Positions 48,892-60,175 of a stretch of DNA of 64,000 bases are shown here, in pieces. Each line of letters starts with the position of its first letter. Positions within the stretch are counted from its first letter, which is position 1. The DNA is from Nitrospinaceae bacterium (GTDB lineage Bacteria > Nitrospinota > Nitrospinia > Nitrospinales > Nitrospinaceae): positions 2,368,001-2,432,000 of the forward strand of contig OZ245011.1 of the NCBI GenBank assembly GCA_965223665.1, in the 5' to 3' direction. Both the position numbers and the translations under genes were made by a program. The notes below the pieces were generated by a model. It was not told the DNA's origin and did no database searches. It was given only the letters and a program-made list of their open reading frames with translations.

Positions 48892-49812
48892 ATGAATGAA
48901 AAAACCATGGACTTTGTTCCAAGAAACCCTATTCCTGAAAATTCCGAAGTATTCCGGACACCCGAAGTTCCCTTAACCCAACTTCATACCTTGTGGTTGC
49001 AGGTAGGAGGTACCCTATGCAACTTAGCTTGCACTCATTGTTTTATTAGTTGCCATCCTGAAAATCATAATATTCCAATGATGTCACTGGATCAAGTTCG
49101 GTATCATTTAAAGGATTCGAAAGAATTGGGAGTTGAAGATTACTATATTACTGGCGGGGAAGTTTTTTTAAACCCTGAAATTTTTGAAATACTCGAAGCC
49201 ATTCTTGAGTTTGGCCCTTGCCATGTTCTTACCAATGGTCTCCCTCTAACGGAAAATAAAGTAGCTCGGTTGAAAGAAATTCAATCGAAATCCATTCATT
49301 CATTATTTTTTAGAGTAAGTTTGGACAGTTTAGACGAAACAGATAATGATGCTGTTAGGGGAAAAAATTCTTATCGACTTGCAATGGCAGGTATTCGAAA
49401 TTTGGCAAAAGCGGGTTTTTCGACACATCTGACAATGGTCCGAAGTTGGGATGATGAGGACGATGCAAAATGGGAAAACTTAGCCAAAAAGTTTCTAAGC
49501 GATAATGGTGTCCCTAATCCACAAGTCAAGTTTTTGCCAGGATTCCTGATGGGTGAACTGGCAGAAAATGCACGTTCTTACCATCCAAATGAACGAGTAA
49601 CTGAAAAATGTTTTGAAAATTGGCCTATCACCAATCTACAATGCGCTACATCACGTATGGCTACTGCTCAAGGAGTTTATGTTTGTCCAATTTTAGTGGA
49701 GGAAGATTCCGCTAAACTAGGGCAATCCCTCAAAGAAGCGTTAAATCCTTATCCCCTGAAACATTCAGCCTGTTACACCTGTCGCATCTCGGGAATGTCT
49801 TGTTCAAGTTGA
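48892..49812 (+). CDS. Radical SAM protein
   Basis: CNLACTHC, TGGE, LTNG, RVSLD, C-terminal Cys cluster (LQC, VCP, CYTC). Confidence 0.9.
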   Translation: MNEKTMDFVPRNPIPENSEVFRTPEVPLTQLHTLWLQVGGTLCNLACTHCFISCHPENHNIPMMSLDQVRYHLKDSKELGVEDYYITGGEVFLNPEIFEILEAILEFGPCHVLTNGLPLTENKVARLKEIQSKSIHSLFFRVSLDSLDETDNDAVRGKNSYRLAMAGIRNLAKAGFSTHLTMVRSWDDEDDAKWENLAKKFLSDNGVPNPQVKFLPGFLMGELAENARSYHPNERVTEKCFENWPITNLQCATSRMATAQGVYVCPILVEEDSAKLGQSLKEALNPYPLKHSACYTCRISGMSCSS

Positions 49813-49934
49813 CCCCCACAAGTTTTTATTTCTATTGAGTCCCTCAGTTTGACATGTTAGCATTTTAGCGAATTATAAAAGTTACCAACTTCCCGTAGAC
49901 TCTTTTCATTGAAAATAATTTGAGGAAAGATTAA

Positions 49935-50483
49935 ATGGCACTTACTTATTCCACTGACTTCCCCCTTGGAACCAAGGCTCCAAAATTTAATTTAAAAGGA
50001 ATCGATGGGAAATTTTACAGCTTAGATAACTTTAAAAAGGCCCGAGGACTTCTTGTTATTTTTATTTGCAATCATTGCCCATATGTAAAAGCAACCATCC
50101 AAAGATTCATTCATATACAAAGGGATTTTTCTGGTCAAGGAATTCAACTAGTGGGAATCAGTTCCAATAATGCTATCAAATACCCCGAAGATTCATTTGC
50201 AAACATGAAAAAATTTTCTGAGGAAGAAGGCTTTAACTTTCCATATCTCTATGATGAAACCCAAGAAGTGGCAAAAGCTTATGACGCAGTTTGCACTCCA
50301 GATATATACCTCTTTAATTCTAACCTTGAATTAATTTATCATGGCCGCCTGGATGACAATTGGGAATACCCTGATAAAGTTGAAGATAACAGTCTGAGAA
50401 ATGCTATTGAAGAATACTTATCCAATGGGGAAATAAATGGTAAACAGTTTCCTGCTATGGGCTGTTCAATTAAGTGGAAATAA
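49935..50483 (+). CDS. Thioredoxin/AhpC-TSA family protein
   Basis: FICNHCPYV, YPEDS, AVCTPD, GCSIKW. Confidence 0.92.
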   Translation: MALTYSTDFPLGTKAPKFNLKGIDGKFYSLDNFKKARGLLVIFICNHCPYVKATIQRFIHIQRDFSGQGIQLVGISSNNAIKYPEDSFANMKKFSEEEGFNFPYLYDETQEVAKAYDAVCTPDIYLFNSNLELIYHGRLDDNWEYPDKVEDNSLRNAIEEYLSNGEINGKQFPAMGCSIKWK

Positions 50484-50500
50484 TTTAACAAAATAAAAAA

Positions 50501-53320
50501 ATGAACCTTTCTAAAAAATGGTTAGTCCTGTTTTTAATCATCGTTTTTGTTTGCATGATGTTTGCGGACAAAATTATTGCTTTCTACATCGATCTTCTTT
50601 GGTTTGAAAAATACCAGTTACTTCCGGTTATTTGGACAATTCTAGGAGCCCAATTGGGATTAGGATTGGGATTTGGCGTTTTATTTTTCCTTATTTCTTT
50701 CGGTGTATTAAGATCTGCTTATAACAAATCCTCTCACATTCCGATCAACCTAAAAGACCACCTTAGGCAAAATGTTCCCATATTAGAGCTCATGGCTACT
50801 AACTTAAAACCATTGGTTCTATTTGTACCCTTATTTTTCTCTGTTCTTATTGGTCTGATAGCAGCAGATCGTTGGGAAGAAGCTCTAAAGTTTCTAAATC
50901 AAGTCCCTTATGGTCAAACCGATCCTATTTTTGGAAAAGATTATTCCTTCTATTTATTCACTTTGCCATTTCTTACATTTATTAAGACATTTCTTTGGAC
51001 AGGGCTTGCTTTAATTGCAATTGGATTAGGTCTGATTTACTTTTTTAAACAGCATATTTTTCTAACCGCCTCGGGGTTTGGAACTAATGCCCATGCCAGA
51101 AAATCATTATGTACCTTAGCCGCTTTAGGATTTTTAACATATGCTTTTGATATCTTTCTTCAGCGGTTTGGTTTACTGGTGAGCAGTAACTCAAATGTTG
51201 TCGCAGGTCTCAACTATGCGGATGCATGGGGGCGGCTACCCCTACTCAATTTTCTAATCATTCTTTCATTGATTGGGGCAGTTATAAGTCTATTGTCTCG
51301 CGGAAAAGAGACTTTACGAAATTTATTTATTACGGGTTTAGGAATTGGCCTCGTATTTCTGGCAAGTAATTTTTATCCCGGTCTCCTGCAAAAATTTGTG
51401 GTGGATCCCAATGAACTTATCAAGGAAACCCCTTACATAGAGCATACTATTGCAGGAACCGTTGAAGGATATGGATTAAAAGAAATCGAAGTCAACGAAC
51501 TTACTGGTTCCAATTCTATTGACGCCGATACCATACAAAAAAATCATACCACCATTGAAAATATTCGATTATGGGACCAGGATCAATTATTGGCAACCCT
51601 AGGTCAAATCCAGGAAATTCGAACCTATTATCAATTTAAATCTGTTGATAATGACCGTTACCACATAAATGGAAAATATCAGCAAACCTTATTGTCACCT
51701 AGAGAATTACAATCCAGCAGCTTACCCAATAGAACCTGGATAAATGAGCATTTAACTTTCACCCATGGCTACGGCGTTTCTCTTAGCCCAGTAAATCAAA
51801 TAACCCCCGAAGGTTTGCCGGTTTTGTATATTAAAGATATTCCACCTAGATCCTCTATAGACTTAAAAGTTACACAACCCGAGATATATTACGGAGAGTT
51901 ATCAAATGAACATGTATTTGTAAATACAGGGACAAAAGAGTTTGATTACCCGGAAGGTGAAAAGAATGTTTATAAAAATTATGAAGGGACAGGAGGAGTT
52001 TCAGTTGGTTCCTTTTTGAGAAAAATTTTATTCGCCATTCGTTTTAAAACTATGAAAATTCTTTTTTCCCAAGATATAAATAGCGAGAGTCGGGTATTAA
52101 TTTATCGAGATATTGAAGAAAGAGTAAAAAAGGTTGCGCCCTTTTTACATTTTTCGAATGACCCTTATCTTGTGATTACTAACGAAGGCCGCTTGGTCTG
52201 GATGTATGACGCTTTTACAACTAGTGATAACTTACCCTACTCACTTATGATTAGAGAAACCAGTATCATTAAAGGGGTTGCAAACTATATTCGAAACTCT
52301 GTGAAAGTAGTTATTGACGCTTATGATGGGAGCATGACCTTTTATATTTCGGACTCAAAAGATCCAATTATCGCTACCTACAAAAACTTATTTCCTACCA
52401 TGTTTCAAGAATTAGAAAAAATGCCTTTGGACTTAAAGCAACATATCCGGTACCCATCGCTATTATTCAATATACAAGCCTTTGTTTATGCAACCTATCA
52501 CATGAAAACCCCGCAAATTTTTTACAATAAGGAAGATCAATGGGAAATCCCTGAAATTGATGGGAAAGGAATGCAGCCTTATTACACTATTATGAAACTT
52601 CCAGGAAAAAGCCAAGAGGAATACATTTTAATGCTTCCATTCACGCCAAGTGGCAAGCAAAATTTATCTGCCTGGATGGTAGGCCTGAGTGATGGAGTAG
52701 ATTACGGGAAATTACTTATATATAAATTTCCCAAACAAAAGTTAATCTATGGGCCAGAGCAAATGGTCGCTCGTATCAATCAGGATGCAGAAATATCGAG
52801 ACAGATCTCTTTATGGGATCAACGAGGATCACAGGTCATTCAAGGCAATCTATTGGTAATCCCCATTGAAGAGTCATTGATATATGTACGTCCCTTATAC
52901 TTAAAAGCGGAAAATGGAAAAATTCCCGAGCTTAAGCGAGTTATCGTCGGATACCAGGATCAAATTGCCATGGAGCCCACATTAGATGAGGCATTAAGCA
53001 AAATTTTTCGGGGATTTGAAAAACAAACAGAAGAAAGCTCTGAATCTATTTTGAAAAAAGACGAGGGATCAAAGGAAACACAAATAACAGAGGGTTTTAT
53101 CGTTTTAAAGGAAGCTGATTATCGCAAAATAAAAGATTTTTATGAAAGAACCATTGATTCGCAAGACCTTCTAAAAAACGCTCTTTCGAACTACCAACAA
53201 GATCTTAAAGATTTAGGAACCGCTTTAGACAACGTCACTGTTTTAAGTGACATAAAAACAGCTCCTGAACCTCTTCCAAACCCTATTGAAGAAAAAAAAG
53301 TACCAAGTGAGCAACACTAA
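50501..53320 (+). CDS. UPF0182 family membrane protein
   Basis: DLLWF, DPIFGKDYSFY, NIRLWD, THGYG, NYIRNSVK, GNLLVIP. Confidence 0.92.
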   Translation: MNLSKKWLVLFLIIVFVCMMFADKIIAFYIDLLWFEKYQLLPVIWTILGAQLGLGLGFGVLFFLISFGVLRSAYNKSSHIPINLKDHLRQNVPILELMATNLKPLVLFVPLFFSVLIGLIAADRWEEALKFLNQVPYGQTDPIFGKDYSFYLFTLPFLTFIKTFLWTGLALIAIGLGLIYFFKQHIFLTASGFGTNAHARKSLCTLAALGFLTYAFDIFLQRFGLLVSSNSNVVAGLNYADAWGRLPLLNFLIILSLIGAVISLLSRGKETLRNLFITGLGIGLVFLASNFYPGLLQKFVVDPNELIKETPYIEHTIAGTVEGYGLKEIEVNELTGSNSIDADTIQKNHTTIENIRLWDQDQLLATLGQIQEIRTYYQFKSVDNDRYHINGKYQQTLLSPRELQSSSLPNRTWINEHLTFTHGYGVSLSPVNQITPEGLPVLYIKDIPPRSSIDLKVTQPEIYYGELSNEHVFVNTGTKEFDYPEGEKNVYKNYEGTGGVSVGSFLRKILFAIRFKTMKILFSQDINSESRVLIYRDIEERVKKVAPFLHFSNDPYLVITNEGRLVWMYDAFTTSDNLPYSLMIRETSIIKGVANYIRNSVKVVIDAYDGSMTFYISDSKDPIIATYKNLFPTMFQELEKMPLDLKQHIRYPSLLFNIQAFVYATYHMKTPQIFYNKEDQWEIPEIDGKGMQPYYTIMKLPGKSQEEYILMLPFTPSGKQNLSAWMVGLSDGVDYGKLLIYKFPKQKLIYGPEQMVARINQDAEISRQISLWDQRGSQVIQGNLLVIPIEESLIYVRPLYLKAENGKIPELKRVIVGYQDQIAMEPTLDEALSKIFRGFEKQTEESSESILKKDEGSKETQITEGFIVLKEADYRKIKDFYERTIDSQDLLKNALSNYQQDLKDLGTALDNVTVLSDIKTAPEPLPNPIEEKKVPSEQH

Positions 53321-54753
53321 ATTTCTTTAGTCTCACTTCCAAAAAGATTGAGTTGAACGGGTTGGGGACCCTTACCATCAATGGAAACAGGGTAATTTCC
53401 ATCAAAACATGCGCTACAGAATTGACTTTTATCTTCCTCCATAACCTCTAACATATTATCCAAACTTAAATATTCTAATGAATCCGCGGTTAGAAACCGA
53501 CGAGTCTCTTCGACAGTATGCCTAGAGGCAATCAACTCCTCCCTATTAGGAGTATCTATCCCATAGTAGCAGGGATATAAACTTGGGGGCGAACTGATCC
53601 GTACATGGACTTCTTTCGCTCCTGCATTTTGTAACATTTTTACAATTTTTCGGCTTGTCGTTCCTCTAACAATAGAGTCATCAATAATGACAATGCGTTT
53701 ATCACGAATCAACTCTTTAACCGGATTTAACTTTACCTTGACCCCAAAATGACGAATTTGAGATTGAGGTTCAATAAAAGTTCTGCCCACATAATGATTA
53801 CGGATTAAGCCCATTTCATAAGGGATTCCTAATTCCTCAGAAAAACCTAACGCAGATAAATTTCCAGAGTCAGGAACAGGTACCACTAAATCAGCTTTCA
53901 CAGGAGCCTGTCGAGCTAAAGCCTGCCCCATCCGTTTTCGGACTGAATAAACAAAATCGCCAAATAGGAAACTATCCGGACGTGCAAAATAAATATGCTC
54001 AAATATACACTGTTTCGACTCATATCTACGAAAAGGAAAGTAAGATTGCACACCATTTTCGTTAATGAGCAAAACTTCGCCAGGCTTAATTTCGCGAATA
54101 AATTCTGCTTCAATCAAATCCATTACACATGATTCTGAAGCTACAATATAAGCATCTCCCAATTTTCCCAAGCACAAAGGCCGAAACCCATATGGATCTC
54201 GGGCCGCAATAATTTCATTTTCTGACATTAGAGCCAGCGAATACGCTCCTTTCACTTCGGAAAGAGCTTCCACCACTCTCTCTAGAAACGACTCAGCATG
54301 CGACTGAGCAATAAGGTGCACAATAACTTCACTATCGTTAGTCGACTGGAAAATTGCTCCATGTTCAACTAAAACTTCCCGAATCTGCTGAGAGTTTACT
54401 AAATTTCCATTATGAGCTAAAGCAAGAGAGCCCTTAGAATAATTAATAAGGCAAGGTTGGGCATTCATTATTTTACTAATTCCAGAAGTTGAATAACGAT
54501 TATGCGCTATGGCCATATTACCCGGAAGACGTTGCATTCTTTGGGAACTAAAAATATCGGCCACCAGCCCCATTCCAACTTCAATATAGACATTTCCTTT
54601 ATCAACAGAAGCAATTCCTGCGCTTTCCTGGCCACGATGCTGGAGAGCATATAAACCAAGATAGGCCAGGTTTGCCGCTTCAGGATGACCGTAAATGGCA
54701 ACTACACCGCATTCCTCATGGAATTTGTCGTCTTTAAGAAATTCTATTTCCAT
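53317..54753 (-). CDS. purF: Amidophosphoribosyltransferase
   Basis: [31 protein letters not shown]. Confidence 0.98.
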   Translation of the reverse strand: MEIEFLKDDKFHEECGVVAIYGHPEAANLAYLGLYALQHRGQESAGIASVDKGNVYIEVGMGLVADIFSSQRMQRLPGNMAIAHNRYSTSGISKIMNAQPCLINYSKGSLALAHNGNLVNSQQIREVLVEHGAIFQSTNDSEVIVHLIAQSHAESFLERVVEALSEVKGAYSLALMSENEIIAARDPYGFRPLCLGKLGDAYIVASESCVMDLIEAEFIREIKPGEVLLINENGVQSYFPFRRYESKQCIFEHIYFARPDSFLFGDFVYSVRKRMGQALARQAPVKADLVVPVPDSGNLSALGFSEELGIPYEMGLIRNHYVGRTFIEPQSQIRHFGVKVKLNPVKELIRDKRIVIIDDSIVRGTTSRKIVKMLQNAGAKEVHVRISSPPSLYPCYYGIDTPNREELIASRHTVEETRRFLTADSLEYLSLDNMLEVMEEDKSQFCSACFDGNYPVSIDGKGPQPVQLNLFGSETKEI

Positions 54754-56971
54754 ATGTGCTCAATGTATTGTTCCAAATATCACTCAATTCAAGAATATTG
54801 CAATCAATGAATGATTCATTATTAACAACCAATTTAAACCCTGAAGATTTAACAGAACCTATATCTTTCCACTCTATGTTAGCCTGGCTGGCCATTTTTT
54901 CAATTTCTCTTTCATTTTCTGGTGGAAACGAAATCACAATTCGCGACTGAGATTCTCCAAATATTAAAGCATCTACCCTCAATGCAGAATTCAGTTCAAT
55001 TTCAACTCCAAAAGTACTTGGGCCCGTAATACATGATTCAACTAAAGCGACGGCCAATCCACCTTCAGAACAATCATGTGCAGATGAGATCAATTTATTT
55101 TTAATTAAGTCACGGCACAACTTCTGAACATTTTTTTCTTGAGCAATATCCAATGCAGGAGCTTTTCCTCTACAAAGGCCATCCTTTAATTTTAAATATT
55201 CACTTCCACCTAATTCTTCGCGGGAAATGCCAAGGATTGCAATTCGCTCATCTTCATTTTTAAACCATTGAGTGCAATGGAGATTTCGATTTTCAAGCAA
55301 TCCCACTACAGCAATTGTTGGCGTTGGAAATATTGCCTCTCCTTTAGTCTCATTATATAGACTGACATTGCCGCTGACTACAGGAATATCAAAAGAGCGG
55401 CACATATCTCCTAACCCTTTGACCGCTTGTTCAAACTGCCACATAATTTCCGGGTTCTCTGGGTTTCCGAAGTTCAGACAATTAGTCACTCCGATTGGTT
55501 CTGCTCCAGAACAAGATAAATTGCGGCAGCATTCGGCAACGGCAATTTGCGCACCTAAATATGGGTCTAAATAACAATAACGACTATTACAATCCACAGA
55601 AACTGCTAGAGCTTTATTAGTATCCTTGATTCGAATTACTGCAGCATCTGATCCAGGCATTACCAGCGTATTTAAACGCACCATATGGTCGTATTGCTCG
55701 TATATCCATCGCTTACTGGCAATAGAAGGAGAGGCCAAAAGCTGCTTTAAAGACGAATTTCCATTTTTAGGAATTTCTAATTGATTCAGGTCCAATGAAT
55801 TTACTTGATCTAAATAAAGCGGCTTTTGCGTGGGTCGGTCACATTTCAACGCACCCGTCACAACTGTTTCAATGGGTAAACTTAATACTTCTTCACCCTC
55901 CATTTTTGCACGAAAAACTCCGTCTTCCGTGACCTTCCCTATTACTGCAACATCTAAATCCCATTTTTCAAAAATATCGATTGCCTCTTGTTCATGCCCT
56001 TTTTCTACAACAAATAACATCCTTTCTTGTGATTCTGAAAGCATGATTTCATATGCAGTCATTCCCTTCTCACGAATTGGTACTTTAGAAAGGTCCAACT
56101 CAATACCCATGCCAGCCCTTTCCGCCATTTCAAATGAAGAAGAGCTTAGTCCCGCGGCACCCATATCTTGAACTCCAACCACCCAATCTTTTTTCATTAT
56201 TTCCAAGCAAGCTTCTAACAAAAGTTTTTCTGTAAAAGGATCCCCTACTTGAACCGTTGGACGCTTCTCTTCAGTCATATCGTCAAATTCTGCAGAAGCC
56301 ATACTTGCCCCATGAATTCCATCGCGCCCTGTTTTTGAACCCACATAGATTAAGGGATTTCCTACACCCGAGGCTTTGCCTAAAAAAATTTTATCTGCCT
56401 TGGCAATCCCAAGACAAAATACATTCACCAAAATATTTCCGTTGTAACAGGAATCGAAATACGTATCTCCACCAATTGTCGGAACTCCTACGCAATTTCC
56501 ATAACTAGAAATCCCTTCAACCACTCCATTAAGCAAAAATCTTGTTTTTGGGTCTTGAGGGTCACCAAATCTGAGGGAATCCAATAAAGCTATGGGTCGA
56601 GCTCCCATAGTAAAGATATCCCTTAAAATGCCACCTACCCCAGTAGCAGCGCCCTGGTGAGGTTCTATAAAAGAGGGATGGTTATGACTTTCAATTTTAA
56701 AAATAGCAGCTAACCCGTCTCCGATGTCAACTACTCCTGCATTTTCTCCCGGGCCTTGAATAACTCTTGATCCTTGGGTAGGTAAAGTTTTTAAGTGAGG
56801 TCGCGAGCTTTTATAGCTGCAGTGCTCACTCCACATGGCAGAAAAAACTCCTAACTCAGCTAAGTTGGGTTCTCGCTTCAGTAACTCAAGAATTCGTTGA
56901 TATTCTTCAGGGCTAAGACCATGATCAGCAATTAATTCAGGTGTGATTTTAGGTTGAACAGGAGCGGCCAT
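54734..56971 (-). CDS. purL: Phosphoribosylformylglycinamidine synthase subunit PurL
   Basis: [39 protein letters not shown]. Confidence 0.98.
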   Translation of the reverse strand: MAAPVQPKITPELIADHGLSPEEYQRILELLKREPNLAELGVFSAMWSEHCSYKSSRPHLKTLPTQGSRVIQGPGENAGVVDIGDGLAAIFKIESHNHPSFIEPHQGAATGVGGILRDIFTMGARPIALLDSLRFGDPQDPKTRFLLNGVVEGISSYGNCVGVPTIGGDTYFDSCYNGNILVNVFCLGIAKADKIFLGKASGVGNPLIYVGSKTGRDGIHGASMASAEFDDMTEEKRPTVQVGDPFTEKLLLEACLEIMKKDWVVGVQDMGAAGLSSSSFEMAERAGMGIELDLSKVPIREKGMTAYEIMLSESQERMLFVVEKGHEQEAIDIFEKWDLDVAVIGKVTEDGVFRAKMEGEEVLSLPIETVVTGALKCDRPTQKPLYLDQVNSLDLNQLEIPKNGNSSLKQLLASPSIASKRWIYEQYDHMVRLNTLVMPGSDAAVIRIKDTNKALAVSVDCNSRYCYLDPYLGAQIAVAECCRNLSCSGAEPIGVTNCLNFGNPENPEIMWQFEQAVKGLGDMCRSFDIPVVSGNVSLYNETKGEAIFPTPTIAVVGLLENRNLHCTQWFKNEDERIAILGISREELGGSEYLKLKDGLCRGKAPALDIAQEKNVQKLCRDLIKNKLISSAHDCSEGGLAVALVESCITGPSTFGVEIELNSALRVDALIFGESQSRIVISFPPENEREIEKMASQANIEWKDIGSVKSSGFKLVVNNESFIDCNILELSDIWNNTLSTYGNRIS

Positions 56972-56981
56972 TGACTTTGAG

Positions 56982-57682
56982 TTAGTTCGCTTTAATCAGA
57001 GAATTAAAAATAAATTGACCGTCTAATTCTGAAAATGTGGGATCAGCACAACGCTCTGGGTGAGGCATCATTCCAAGACATTTTTTCCGGCATTAGTCAC
57101 CCCAGCAATATTCGAAATTGAACCGTTAGGATTCACAGAATCGTCAATTTCTCCAGTTGGATTACAATATCTAAATGCAATCTGGTTATTATCTTCCAAT
57201 CTTTTGAGCATTTCAGAATCTACAAAATAATTTCCTTGCCCATGGTTTACAGGAATTCTTAACACTGCTTTTTCTTTACATGATTCCGTAAAAACCGTTT
57301 GATGATTTTCCACCCTTAATTCCAACATTTTACAAATAAATTTTTGAGTCTGATTCCGCAGTAAGGCTCCAGGTAATAGTCCCGATTCCACCAAAATTTG
57401 GAAGCCATTACATATGCCTAAAACTTTACCCCCTTGATTGGCATATTTAACAACTGATCTCATGATGGGAGAAAATTTTGCAATTGCCCCTGTACGTAAA
57501 TAATCTCCGTAAGAAAACCCACCAGGAAGAATAATAAAACTATAGGACCCCATTTCCTGATCCTTATGCCAAATATATTCTGCATCTAAGCCGTAAACCT
57601 CGCTCAAAATATGAAAACAGTCATGGTCACAGTTGGATCCGGGGAATACGACAACACCACACTTAATATTAGAAACGTCCAT
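56982..57682 (-). pseudogene. purQ: FGAM synthase glutaminase subunit PurQ with 1-nt frameshift at about 57074 (probably sequencing error)
   Basis: FPGSNCD, PGGFSYGDYLR, GICNGFQ. The catalytic MMPHPER continues in a shifted frame to a stop at 56982. Confidence 0.9.
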
Positions 57683-57688
57683 ATAACC

Positions 57689-57937
57689 TCAGTCTGCAGT
57701 TTCTAATGTAAATTGATAGGATTCAATGACGGTGTTAGCCAATAACTTTTCACACATTTCTTTTATTCGGTTTTGGGCTTCATTTTCAGAAACTCCTTGA
57801 AGACGCACCTCCATATATTTCCCTAAGTGGACCTCTTGAACTTCTGAAAATCCCAAATCCTGAAGCGCATGATGAACAGCTTTGCCCTGAGGATCTAATA
57901 CCCCATTTTTTAATGTTACGTGGATTTTTGCTAACAT
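57689..57937 (-). CDS. purS: FGAM synthase subunit PurS
   Basis: VLDPQG, GKY, MCEKLLANTVIE. Confidence 0.96.
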   Translation of the reverse strand: MLAKIHVTLKNGVLDPQGKAVHHALQDLGFSEVQEVHLGKYMEVRLQGVSENEAQNRIKEMCEKLLANTVIESYQFTLETAD

Positions 57938-58107
57938 GGATGAATTAAAAAGAATTAATTGTGGGATCCAATTTCTTTCGGTTCAAATTTAGCATAGAAT
58001 TCTTTACAAATCATCCAGGTTTTCAATTCAAATTCCCAAGTTTATGATAACCTTTATCAATTGTTTGTTTTCTTTATTATTCTTAACCATTTTCATAGAA
58101 AAAAATT

Positions 58108-60162
58108 ATGTTAAATCGGTGGAATGACTCTGAGGCGAAGGCCGCAATAAAAAAATATTCAAACTTTTCAGAAGACATTGGTCTTCGAGTTTATACCTCA
58201 AGGCTTATTGGAGCGGACCCTGCTCTGGTATTGCATGGGGGTGGGAATACTTCGGTTAAATCCGTTGCCAAAAATCGGATAGGGGATGATACCAAAGTGC
58301 TATTTGTAAAAGGAAGTGGCTGGGATTTAGATACTATAGAACCCCCAGGGTTGCCGGGTGTTCAATTAGACTATCTTCAAAAGTTAAGAAACTTATCTCA
58401 ATTAAGTGATGAGGATATGGTAAACGAGCAAAGGACTCACTTATTAGATGCCTCTTCCCCAAATCCATCGGTTGAAACATTGTTACATGCTTTTTTACCT
58501 CATAAGTTTGTAGACCATTCTCATGCAGACGCTATTTTAGTAATTGCAAATCAACCCAATGCAGAATCCATATGCAAAGATATTTATAGAGATGAGTTGG
58601 GGATTGTTCCTTACATTATGCCTGGGTTTGATTTGGCAAAAGCTGCTGCTGAAGCTTATGAAAAAAATCCAAACGTTAAGGGATTAGTATTAATCAACCA
58701 TGGTTTGTTTACATTTGCAGAATCCGCTAAGGACAGTTATGACTATCACATCGAGGCAGTAACTCAAGCTGAGTCATATATATCAGGACACACCAGAAAA
58801 AAACTAACCCTTCAACAACCTCAACCCAAATCGGCTACAGAAATATTGAATAATATTGCACCGATTCTCCGCGGTCTTTATTTTGAAAAATCTCAAATGA
58901 ATTGGTTGGTCCATCACCGGGAATGCGACAAAGCATTACAATTTGCATCGTCTGAGGAATGCTTAGAATGGACACAAATAGGAACTGCCACACCAGACCA
59001 TGTAATTCGGACCAAACAAAAACCCCTGATTTTAAATCCTAAGAATCTTGAAGATGAAAATGCCTTAAGGCAGGAAATCACCCAAACCTTAAATCAATAT
59101 ATGCAATCTTACCATCAGTATTTCATCTCTAATAAAGAGAAAAAAGGAGTTGATAAAAAAGAACTGGATCCGTTGCCACGAATTATTTTGGTTTCTGGAT
59201 TAGGTTTAGTCACTATGGGAAAAACTCCCAAGGAAGCTAATATTGCTGCTGATATTTATCAACATACTATTGAGATTATTCAGGATGCTTTTAGCATTGG
59301 ATCCTACCAACCTCTAAAGGACCACGACTTATTTGATATGGAATATTGGTCCTTGGAACAGGCTAAACTGGGCAAATCATCTCCTTCTTTGTTACAGGGA
59401 AAAATTGTTTATATTACAGGAGCGGCCTCGGGTATCGGGTTTGCCACTGCTAAGCTGTTTGCAGAAAAAGGTGCCAATCTTTTCTTGGTTGACATTAGTT
59501 CAGATCAATTGCAAAAAGCCGGAGACCAAATTAAAAAAGAATGTAAAACAAAGGTAGAAACCTTAACCATGGATGTTACCGACGAAAAAGCGGTTGTAGA
59601 ATCCTTTAGACAGGTTGTCCAAAAGTTTGGGGGGTTAGATTACTTAATTTCAAATGCAGGCAATGCTGTTCAAGGACCCATTGCGCAGATTGACAGAGCT
59701 GCACTGCGTGAGAGCTTTGAGCTAAACTTTTTTTCTCATCATCATTTAGCAGCGCAAGCTGTAAAAATTTTCTTAAAACAAAAAACTGGAGGTACTCTCT
59801 TATTTAATGCTTCTAAAGCTGCCTTTAACCCAGGAAAATTTTTTGGCCCCTATGCCCTTCCAAAAGCGGGGGTGGTTGCTCTTACCAAACAATTCGCTTT
59901 AGATTATGGAGATCAAGGAATTCGAGCCAATGCCATCAATGCAGATCGAATTAGAACCGGATTGTTTACGGAAGATTTTATTGAGGAGAGAGCCTCTGCC
60001 CGTGGATTGAAACCAGAAGATTATTTCAAAGACAATTTATTACGCCAGGAAGTTTTGGATAAAGATGTCGCCCAAGCATTCTTACATTTAGCCCTATCTG
60101 AAAAAACCACCGGTTGTGTGTTTTCTGTAGACGGTGGAAACATAGCTGCAAGTCCCCGGTAA
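58108..60162 (+). CDS. Bifunctional class II aldolase / short-chain dehydrogenase
   Basis: GGGNTSVK, PSVETLLH, HSH, NHG, TPDH. SDR part TGAASGIG, NAG, YALPK, NAD. Confidence 0.92.
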   Translation: MLNRWNDSEAKAAIKKYSNFSEDIGLRVYTSRLIGADPALVLHGGGNTSVKSVAKNRIGDDTKVLFVKGSGWDLDTIEPPGLPGVQLDYLQKLRNLSQLSDEDMVNEQRTHLLDASSPNPSVETLLHAFLPHKFVDHSHADAILVIANQPNAESICKDIYRDELGIVPYIMPGFDLAKAAAEAYEKNPNVKGLVLINHGLFTFAESAKDSYDYHIEAVTQAESYISGHTRKKLTLQQPQPKSATEILNNIAPILRGLYFEKSQMNWLVHHRECDKALQFASSEECLEWTQIGTATPDHVIRTKQKPLILNPKNLEDENALRQEITQTLNQYMQSYHQYFISNKEKKGVDKKELDPLPRIILVSGLGLVTMGKTPKEANIAADIYQHTIEIIQDAFSIGSYQPLKDHDLFDMEYWSLEQAKLGKSSPSLLQGKIVYITGAASGIGFATAKLFAEKGANLFLVDISSDQLQKAGDQIKKECKTKVETLTMDVTDEKAVVESFRQVVQKFGGLDYLISNAGNAVQGPIAQIDRAALRESFELNFFSHHHLAAQAVKIFLKQKTGGTLLFNASKAAFNPGKFFGPYALPKAGVVALTKQFALDYGDQGIRANAINADRIRTGLFTEDFIEERASARGLKPEDYFKDNLLRQEVLDKDVAQAFLHLALSEKTTGCVFSVDGGNIAASPR

Positions 60163-60175
60163 GAAAATTCATCAA

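Noticed and set aside
57938-58107. Purine or ZMP riboswitch upstream of purS
   Set aside because: AT-rich with no recognisable aptamer consensus
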